Made by a program: the position numbers and the translations under genes
Shown: positions 1 to 6,596 of the stretch, piece after piece
Layout: each line of letters begins with the position of its first letter
Numbering within the stretch: the first letter of the stretch is position 1
Source of the DNA: Alphaproteobacteria bacterium
Lineage (GTDB): Bacteria > Pseudomonadota > Alphaproteobacteria > SP197
Direction: 5' to 3'
Assembly: GCA_965220805.1 (NCBI GenBank)
Contig: OZ244844.1
Span: 3,617,072 to 3,681,071 of the forward strand
Length of the DNA: 64,000 bases
Notes under the pieces: generated by a model
What the model was told of the DNA's origin: nothing
What the model saw: the letters and a program-made list of their open reading frames with translations, nothing else
Database searches by the model: none

Positions 1-564
1 GGTGCATTCCGGGTGAAACTGCACGCCGTAGACGCTCGGGCCGCAGGAGAACATCTGGTTGGGGAAGTGTTCCGACACGCTCGTGGCGAGAAGCTCGCAT
101 CCCCGCGGAAGATCGAAACCCTCCCCGTGCCACTGATAGACATGGCGCAAGTCACCCAGCACCGGCCGTCCGGACTCCGTGGGAACCAGCTGCGTGAATC
201 CGATCTCGTGCCAACCGTCCTCATGCGGCTTCACGGCAGCTCCGAGGCTGCGGGCCAGCATCTGGGCTCCAAGGCAGACCCCGAAGAACGGCGTGCCCGC
301 CTCGAGGACCCGGTCGATCCAGCGCAATTCGGCGGCGATGAAGTCCAACGTGCCGTCATCATTGGCGCTCATCGGGCCGCCGAAGATGATGGCGCCGGCG
401 ATATCGTGGAAGTTCTGGGGAAGAACGTCGCCGGTCTTCAGACAGCAGCGCACCTCCTTGTAGCCTCCTTCGCGAAGGACCCGACCGATACGACCGGTGG
501 TCGACCATTCGCCGTGAACGACACAGATCACCTTGCGCCGCCCACGATCCCTACTGCCCCTCAT
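1..564 (-). CDS. Class I glutamine amidotransferase-like protein (partial; 3' end beyond window start)
   Basis: Minus-strand frame stays open from the ATG at 564-562 to the window edge, which is why it is absent from the ORF track (no stop in window). The translation MRGSRDRGRRKVICVVHGEW...TPFFGVCLGAQMLARSLG...GWHEIGF...VQFHPE carries the G-x-C-x-G nucleophile elbow and the His/Glu region typical of GATase1 (GuaA/PabA-type) domains. Confidence 0.6.
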   Translation of the reverse strand, partial: MRGSRDRGRRKVICVVHGEWSTTGRIGRVLREGGYKEVRCCLKTGDVLPQNFHDIAGAIIFGGPMSANDDGTLDFIAAELRWIDRVLEAGTPFFGVCLGAQMLARSLGAAVKPHEDGWHEIGFTQLVPTESGRPVLGDLRHVYQWHGEGFDLPRGCELLATSVSEHFPNQMFSCGPSVYGVQFHPECT

Positions 565-652
565 GGCACACGCCCTTCAACATCAGACACCCCTCGTCGC
601 CTGGAGACACATAGCCGATTTCCCGGCCGGCGCATAGCGGCCGCCCATAGTG

Positions 653-1882
653 TCAGACCGTTCTCGAGCCGGAGACGGGTTCGACCGGCTGGACGCGGAA
701 TCCGGCCTCCTGCAGACGTTCGGCAATCCGCCCGATGTGATCACTGTCGAGGGTCTCAAGAACGATATCGAGATCGGCGAGCTTGACCGAGAGATTGGAG
801 AATGCCCTCTGGTGGTGCACCTCGATGATGTTCGCTCCGGTTTCACCGATGATGGAGGTCACTCTGGCCAATACACCCGGTGCATCGGGAATCTCCAGGC
901 CAAGACGGACCATGCGGCCATCCCGCACGAGACCGTGCTCGATCACCATCGACAACACCCGGCTGTCGATGTTGCCACCCGACAGGACAAGACCCACCTT
1001 GCGCCCGCGAAAGCGTTCGGGATGGGCGAGAAGGCAGGCGAGCGACGCAGCCCCTCCGCCTTCCGCAACCGTCTTCTCGATTTCCAGATAGGTCTGGACG
1101 GCGTGTTCCAGCTGGCTCTCGCTCACCAGGACAATGTCCGACACGAGATCCCGGACAATCGGAATGGCGTTCTTCCCGGGCGTCTTCACCGCAATGCCGT
1201 CAGCGATGGTGCGGCCTCCCGCCTTCACCTCCAGCCCCTGGAGCTGCTGGTACATCGAGGGGAACATCTCGGCCTCGACACCGACGATTTCCGCTTCCGG
1301 GCGGATGGCTCTGGCGGCAATGGCGATGCCGCCAATCAGCCCGCCGCCACCGATAGGGACGATGATGACATCAAGGTCGGGCGCATCCTCGAACATCTCG
1401 AGGGCGAGGGTCCCCTGCCCTGCCATGACGTGGTCATCATGATAGGGATGGACAAAGACGAGATTCTCGTCGGCCGCCATAAGATGAGCGGACACGGCCG
1501 CATCGTCGATGGTCTCGCCTGTCAGGATGACCCGGGCGCCAAAGCGCTCGGTATTCCGGACCTTTATTACCGGTGCCCCTTCGGGCATGACGATGGTCGC
1601 CGGAATGCCCAGGCGCTGCGCATGGTAGGCGACGGCCTGGGCGTGATTGCCGGCTGACATCGCGATGACTCCGCGGGAGCGCTCGTCATGTCCGAGAGAA
1701 ACGATCTTCACCAGGGCGCCACGGTCCTTGAAGGATGCCGTAAACTGGTGATTCTCGAACTTCACGAACACGTCGGCCCCGCTCATGGTCGACAACGTGC
1801 GCGAATGGACACAGGGCGTCCTGACGACATGCCCCGCGATCACGCCCGAGGCCTGGTTGATGGAGTCGATCGTCACGCTCAT
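653..1882 (-). CDS. ilvA: Threonine ammonia-lyase / threonine dehydratase (PLP-dependent, one C-terminal ACT-like domain)
   Basis: 409-aa ORF with the PLP-lysine region FENHQFTASFKDRGA, the glycine loop PIGGGGLIGG and a C-terminal regulatory (ACT-like) domain. The family is recognised by motif only. The start overlaps the stop of the upstream gene (1879-1882). Confidence 0.8.
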   Translation of the reverse strand: MSVTIDSINQASGVIAGHVVRTPCVHSRTLSTMSGADVFVKFENHQFTASFKDRGALVKIVSLGHDERSRGVIAMSAGNHAQAVAYHAQRLGIPATIVMPEGAPVIKVRNTERFGARVILTGETIDDAAVSAHLMAADENLVFVHPYHDDHVMAGQGTLALEMFEDAPDLDVIIVPIGGGGLIGGIAIAARAIRPEAEIVGVEAEMFPSMYQQLQGLEVKAGGRTIADGIAVKTPGKNAIPIVRDLVSDIVLVSESQLEHAVQTYLEIEKTVAEGGGAASLACLLAHPERFRGRKVGLVLSGGNIDSRVLSMVIEHGLVRDGRMVRLGLEIPDAPGVLARVTSIIGETGANIIEVHHQRAFSNLSVKLADLDIVLETLDSDHIGRIAERLQEAGFRVQPVEPVSGSRTV

Positions 1883-3504
1883 CGCTCACGTGTCTCCCGG
1901 GCTGCCGGCACGCCAGCCATGACGATGTTGCTTGCGTCTTCCGGCGTGTCGATATCCACCAGAACGGCGCCGTCGTCCATCGCGACCTCGATCACGTAGT
2001 CCCCGTACTCGCCGATAAGGTGTCTCGCGCCGGCATCGCCCGTCACCCTGCGCATCGCCTGGAAGAAGCTGCTGTCCCACAGGACGGGGTTGCCGCGGCG
2101 ACCATTCCATGTCGGCACGACAATCGCCTTGGCCCCGGACCCCTGCCATGCCCGGGCAAGGGATCGCAGCGCCGGGCCAGTGACCGCCGGCATGTCGCCC
2201 AGGCAGACGAATGCCGCACCACAGGAGGTGGGGAGCGCATCGAGACCAGCTTTCAGTGATGTGCTGAGCCCGGCCTCGTGGTCGCTGTTGTCGACAAATG
2301 AGACAGGACAACCCTCAAGGGCTGCACGCACGGCGGGGGCCTGATGGCCGGTCACCACCCGTATGACCGTGATTCCGGCCGAATTGAGGGCGTTCACCAC
2401 GTGGCGCACCATGGGCACGCCATCGATCGTCATCAAGAGCTTGTTGTGCCCGCCCATGCGCCGGCTGCGACCGGCCGCCAGGACGATCGCAGCCGGCATC
2501 TCCCTGCGGCTTCCCGCTACGGGAAGAACACCCGACGGCCGCCCCTTGAGGAGGCCGCCCACGCCCATGGCCTGGATGTCCGTACCGGTCACGCGGATTC
2601 CTGCAGCGAGACGCCCCAGAACGAGATCAAATCCGTTGGGCTGCGGTGACCTGGCACACCCTGGCAGACCGAGAACGCGGGTGCTGCCAATGTGGGCGAG
2701 AAGCAGGAGATTGCCCGGATCAACAGGCATGCCCAGATGATCGACCACGCCGCCTGCGGCCTCGATCGCCGCCGGGATGACATCCCGGCGGTCCGAGATG
2801 GCCGAGGCGCCGTAAACGAGAACGATATCGTGGGTCGCGGCCATGCGGGTGATGGTGTCGCTGAGATCCACAGTGCGGTGCGGGGTCCTGACGCTGTCGC
2901 CCAGGCTCAAGCCGAAACCTTCGATTCTCGCGGTCACCACACTCGTGGTCCGGTCGAGAACCCGGGACTTCACCGCCGGCGAGGTGGTCATGACGAGACC
3001 CGTGCGCCAGGCGCCGAAGGGGGCAATCGCCAGTGCCGGCGCCGTCATGAGACCGATGCATGACTCGACGGTGGCTGATGGCACGGCGAATGGAATGATC
3101 TTGATGGTCGCCACTCTCTCACCCTCGCCCACCGGTTCGAAGCCGGGCAGCGTGGCAATCGTCACCGCCTCGTCGACACCGTTCACGGCCTGCAGCGCAA
3201 CGACGTCGACCGTCACAAGGCCCGCCTGTCTGGCAACGATGTCGACCCGCCCCCTCGAGGCGGGTCTCACCAGCAGATGGGACCCCGCCAGGGCCTGGGC
3301 CACCCTGGTTGCCGCTTCATCCTCCAGGACATCGTCGGTGTCGGGCATGGCGACGAACAGCGAGGTAACACCGGCTGCCACGAGTTCGTCGGCGAGCGCC
3401 TCGTCAAGACGGCGCCCCTTCCTCACGGAAAGCCCTTCAATCGTGACACTGTGGGCAAGAATGCCGCCAACGGCGTCACGCACCGGCACGTCTCCGAACT
3501 TCAC
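1879..3504 (-). CDS. Molybdopterin-binding (MoeA/CinA-like) domain fused to a MobA-like NTP-transferase: putative molybdenum cofactor cytidylyltransferase (MocA-type) accessory protein
   Basis: 541-aa ORF. The C-terminal half carries nucleotidyltransferase motifs (LAAGRSRRMGG..NKLL, CLGDMP, RGNPVLW) like MobA/MocA. The N-terminal half resembles a molybdopterin-binding fold. It overlaps both neighbours by 4 nt, consistent with an operon. Confidence 0.65.
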   Translation of the reverse strand: MKFGDVPVRDAVGGILAHSVTIEGLSVRKGRRLDEALADELVAAGVTSLFVAMPDTDDVLEDEAATRVAQALAGSHLLVRPASRGRVDIVARQAGLVTVDVVALQAVNGVDEAVTIATLPGFEPVGEGERVATIKIIPFAVPSATVESCIGLMTAPALAIAPFGAWRTGLVMTTSPAVKSRVLDRTTSVVTARIEGFGLSLGDSVRTPHRTVDLSDTITRMAATHDIVLVYGASAISDRRDVIPAAIEAAGGVVDHLGMPVDPGNLLLLAHIGSTRVLGLPGCARSPQPNGFDLVLGRLAAGIRVTGTDIQAMGVGGLLKGRPSGVLPVAGSRREMPAAIVLAAGRSRRMGGHNKLLMTIDGVPMVRHVVNALNSAGITVIRVVTGHQAPAVRAALEGCPVSFVDNSDHEAGLSTSLKAGLDALPTSCGAAFVCLGDMPAVTGPALRSLARAWQGSGAKAIVVPTWNGRRGNPVLWDSSFFQAMRRVTGDAGARHLIGEYGDYVIEVAMDDGAVLVDIDTPEDASNIVMAGVPAARETRER

Positions 3505-4187
3505 GGCAGTTTTCCGTTCCGGGCGGCGATGACTTCGGCCATGATCGAAAGCGCAATCTCCTCTGCCGAACGCGCCCCGATGTCGAGACCGACGGGACCG
3601 CGAATTCGCGCCATGGCAAGGCCGTCAATCCCCTCGTCCGCAAGGCGTTCCAGACGTTTTGCGTGGCTGCGCCGGCTGCCCAGGGCACCGATGTAGAAGG
3701 CCGGCGACCCGAGTGCGGCGATCAGCGCCGAATCATCGATTCGGGGTTCGTGAGTCAGTGCCGCCACTGCCGTGCGGTGGTCCGGATCGAGCTGTGCCAG
3801 TGCATCGTCCGGCCAGGCCTCGATCATGCGGACATCGGGAAATCGCCGGGCATCAGCCCAGGCGCGCCGGGGGTCGACGATCACCGGGTCGATACCCGTT
3901 GTCCTGGCAAGGACTGCCAGCGGCTGCGCGACATGAACGGCGCCAACGATGATCAGCCGCACCGGCGGATTGAAGACATGCAGGAAGAGTGGCCGGCCCT
4001 TCACATCCAGCGTCCGGGAGTGATCGAACCGGAACGCCTGCGCAATGTCCTGCGCCAGGGTGGCATCACCAGGAGGGTCATCGTGGCGGATCAGCCATGA
4101 TTCGCCGCTGTCAAGCCAGGTCGCGTGGATGATGCCCTTCCGCTCCCTTCGGGCCTGGTTGAGAGTCCTGAGCGTCTCACCCTTCAT
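3501..4187 (-). CDS. XdhC family protein, C-terminal Rossmann-like domain (stand-alone)
   Basis: 228-aa ORF with the RLIIVGAVHVAQPLA Rossmann-type motif and the ...FYIGALGSRRSHAKRL... region typical of the XdhC/CoxI C-terminal domain. There are 4-nt overlaps at both ends. Confidence 0.7.
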   Translation of the reverse strand: MKGETLRTLNQARRERKGIIHATWLDSGESWLIRHDDPPGDATLAQDIAQAFRFDHSRTLDVKGRPLFLHVFNPPVRLIIVGAVHVAQPLAVLARTTGIDPVIVDPRRAWADARRFPDVRMIEAWPDDALAQLDPDHRTAVAALTHEPRIDDSALIAALGSPAFYIGALGSRRSHAKRLERLADEGIDGLAMARIRGPVGLDIGARSAEEIALSIMAEVIAARNGKLP

Positions 4188-4495
4188 GTCAGTGGCGTGA
4201 CGAAGACCTGCACCGTGCCTCCGCAGGTCAGCCCCACTTCCCAGGCACGTTCGTTGGAGACGGTAAACTCGAGAGTGCGCACCTTTCCCTCCGCCATCGC
4301 TTCGCGCGCCCCTTCGACGACAGCAGCCTCGATGCAGCCTCCCGACACGGAGCCCCTAAAGGATCCGTCCTGGCGCACCACAAGCTGACTCCCCACGGGA
4401 CGGGGACTTGACCCCCAGGTCCTGGTCACGGTTGCCAGCGCAACCTGGTGGCCGTCGCCGGACCAGGCCTCGGCCGTCTCCAGAACATCCTCCAT
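4184..4495 (-). CDS. XdhC/CoxI family protein, N-terminal domain (stand-alone)
   Basis: The ORF track extends to 4513, but the internal Met (MEDVLETAEAWSGDGHQVALATVTRTWGSSPRPVGSQ...) matches the canonical XdhC N-terminus (..ALATVV.T.GSSPR..). Starting at 4495 also removes an overlap with the CoxE-like gene. Confidence 0.65.
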   Translation of the reverse strand: MEDVLETAEAWSGDGHQVALATVTRTWGSSPRPVGSQLVVRQDGSFRGSVSGGCIEAAVVEGAREAMAEGKVRTLEFTVSNERAWEVGLTCGGTVQVFVTPLT

Positions 4496-5679
4496 CAGAC
4501 CTGTCTCAGCCATCCTTCCATGTCCTCCGCAGATCCGCGTCCCGGTCTGGCCAGAATCTCCGCCAGACCTTCGAGACTCGCAAGATTATGGCATGGAAGG
4601 AATCTGTCGACATGTGGCAGCATCGTCCGGATCCCCCATGTGCGGGGACGGAATTCACGCCATCGCAGCAGGGGGTTGAGCCACACCAGTTTCCGGCACG
4701 AGCGCCTGAGCATCGCCATCTCGCGCCCGAGATTGCCACCGACATCGCGGTCAAGCCCATCGGTGACGAGAATGACGATGGTACCCTGGCCGGGAAGACG
4801 ACGGCCCCAGCCGCGATTGAAGGTCCCAAGGCACTCGCCGATGCGAGTGCCGCCGGACCAGTCCTCCACACGCCCGGCGACCGCACGCAGGCCTACCGCA
4901 GCATCCGGCGTTGCCAGATCGCGGGTAACATGGGTGAGCCGGGTGCCAAAGGTGAAGGTATGGACTTTCATCGCACCGACGGTCCATCGGCGAGTACCCG
5001 CCTTGCGGCCGTGCGCCGACAGGGCATGGGCGAAACAGATCAGCATGCGTGCATAGTCGATCATGGAACCCGAGATGTCGCACAACAGCACCACCCCGGG
5101 TGGCTTGTCGACGCGCCGGACGAGAGGCAGCGTGATCATGCCGCCCGGTTGGCGCACGCCCCCCTGCAGCGCCGCCCTCAGATCAATGCGACGGCCGGAT
5201 GGCGAGGGCCTGAGGCGGCGTCCGGCAAGCGGGGCCAGGGCAATCGACATCCGCGCCACCACCTGACGCGCACGAGCCATCTCGTCTTCGTCCATGTCGG
5301 CAAAGTCCATGGTGCGCAGTGCCTCGGCGGGCGACCAGGTTCCCTCTTCTCCGGCTTGCGGGCCGTGTCCCCCGTCTTCTCTTGTGCCCTCCGGCAGTCC
5401 CGGATTCGTGGCTCCGGCCTCGACGACGGGTTCCTGCGTGGCGCTCCCGTCAGCGGGTTCCCCCGACCAGAAGCGGTGAAAGATCCTGGCAAAGAGATCG
5501 CTTTCCTGCTCACGGGAAACGAAAATGGCATGCCACATCCAGAAGACATCCTCGCGCCGGGCGACCCCCGCCAGGTCCAGGGCACGGATGGCGTCGGGCA
5601 CCTTGTCCGGTCCCGCCGCCAAGCCGGCGGCACGCAGGGAACCGGCAAAGCGCACCACGTTGGCCAGGATCGCACTCAC
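4495..5679 (-). CDS. coxE: VWA domain protein of the CoxE type (molybdoenzyme maturation)
   Basis: 394-aa ORF with a C-terminal von Willebrand A fold (VVLLCDISGSM MIDAS-type motif, ...IVILVTDGLD...). Its position directly after a MoxR ATPase matches the CoxD-CoxE pairing. Confidence 0.7.
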   Translation of the reverse strand: MSAILANVVRFAGSLRAAGLAAGPDKVPDAIRALDLAGVARREDVFWMWHAIFVSREQESDLFARIFHRFWSGEPADGSATQEPVVEAGATNPGLPEGTREDGGHGPQAGEEGTWSPAEALRTMDFADMDEDEMARARQVVARMSIALAPLAGRRLRPSPSGRRIDLRAALQGGVRQPGGMITLPLVRRVDKPPGVVLLCDISGSMIDYARMLICFAHALSAHGRKAGTRRWTVGAMKVHTFTFGTRLTHVTRDLATPDAAVGLRAVAGRVEDWSGGTRIGECLGTFNRGWGRRLPGQGTIVILVTDGLDRDVGGNLGREMAMLRRSCRKLVWLNPLLRWREFRPRTWGIRTMLPHVDRFLPCHNLASLEGLAEILARPGRGSAEDMEGWLRQV

Positions 5680-6596
5680 GTGCCGGCTTCCTTCAGCAGC
5701 ACGTCAATGCCGGCATCCCTGATGGCCCGGATGTCGTCCTGGTGCTTGAGCAGCACGCCAAGCGAACTGTCGACAATCTCCGGTTCCAGTGACCGGGTGT
5801 TAAAGTGCTCGAGAGCCATCGCCCAGTCGAGGGTCTCCGCGACCCCCGGGGTCTTGTAGAGATCCTGGCGGCGCAGGGTCTGGACAAACCTGACGATTTC
5901 GGCGCCGAGCCGGTCCCCGCATCCGGGCACCTTGCGCTCCACGATCTCGATCTCCCGCTCGGGCGAGGGGTAGTCGACCCAGTGGTAGAAACAGCGACGC
6001 TTGAGCGCGTCATGCACTTCGCGCGTCCGATTGGAGGTGATGATGACGATCGGTGGCTGGCCTGCCGCCACGGTTCCCAGTTCGGGAATGCTGACCTGCC
6101 AGTCGGACAGCACCTCCAGCAGGTAGGCTTCGAAAGGTTCATCCGTTCGGTCGATCTCGTCGATGAGAAGGACGGGCGGTCCCTCCTCATGAGGGCGCAA
6201 CGCCTCCAGAACGGGCCGGCTGAGCAGGAATTCGTCGCGATAGATCGTGCCGGAGACCGCATCACGATCAACCGCCCCGGCAGCCTCTGCAAGCCGGATC
6301 TCCACCATCTGGCGCGGATAGTTCCACTCATAGACCGCCTGGGCCACATCGAGGCCCTCGTAGCACTGCAGGCGAATGAGCCGGCGGGCGAGCGCGGTTG
6401 CCAGAACCTTCGCCGTCTCCGTCTTGCCAACACCGGCCTCGCCTTCGAGGAAGAGTGGTCTTTCCATGGCCAGCGCCAGGTAGATGGCGCAGGCAAGTCC
6501 GCGCCCGGTGACGTAGTCTTCCGATTCGAGAAGGCGAACGGTCTCGTCAATCGAACCGGGGAGAACCCCGGAGCCCTCCATCACGTGCTGTCGCAT
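5676..6596 (-). CDS. coxD: MoxR-family AAA+ ATPase of the CoxD type
   Basis: 306-aa ORF with Walker A LEGEAGVGKT, Walker B LLIDEIDR and a MoxR-like C-terminal region. It sits immediately upstream of the VWA gene with a 4-nt overlap. Confidence 0.8.
   Translation of the reverse strand: MRQHVMEGSGVLPGSIDETVRLLESEDYVTGRGLACAIYLALAMERPLFLEGEAGVGKTETAKVLATALARRLIRLQCYEGLDVAQAVYEWNYPRQMVEIRLAEAAGAVDRDAVSGTIYRDEFLLSRPVLEALRPHEEGPPVLLIDEIDRTDEPFEAYLLEVLSDWQVSIPELGTVAAGQPPIVIITSNRTREVHDALKRRCFYHWVDYPSPEREIEIVERKVPGCGDRLGAEIVRFVQTLRRQDLYKTPGVAETLDWAMALEHFNTRSLEPEIVDSSLGVLLKHQDDIRAIRDAGIDVLLKEAGT

Noticed and set aside
13-786. 257-aa plus-strand ORF at the window start
   Set aside because: It is Arg/Ala/Pro-rich with low complexity and lies antisense to a well-supported GATase1 reading frame (GVCLGAQ motif) on the minus strand. 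It is a typical shadow ORF in high-GC DNA.
4495-6596. MoxR-VWA pair as a stand-alone NTPase-based antiphage/conflict module
   Set aside because: The immediately following XdhC and MobA/MocA-type molybdenum-cofactor genes make a CoxD/CoxE-type cofactor-insertion role the more parsimonious reading. The conflict-system idea is kept only as a minor alternative under the giant-protein finding.
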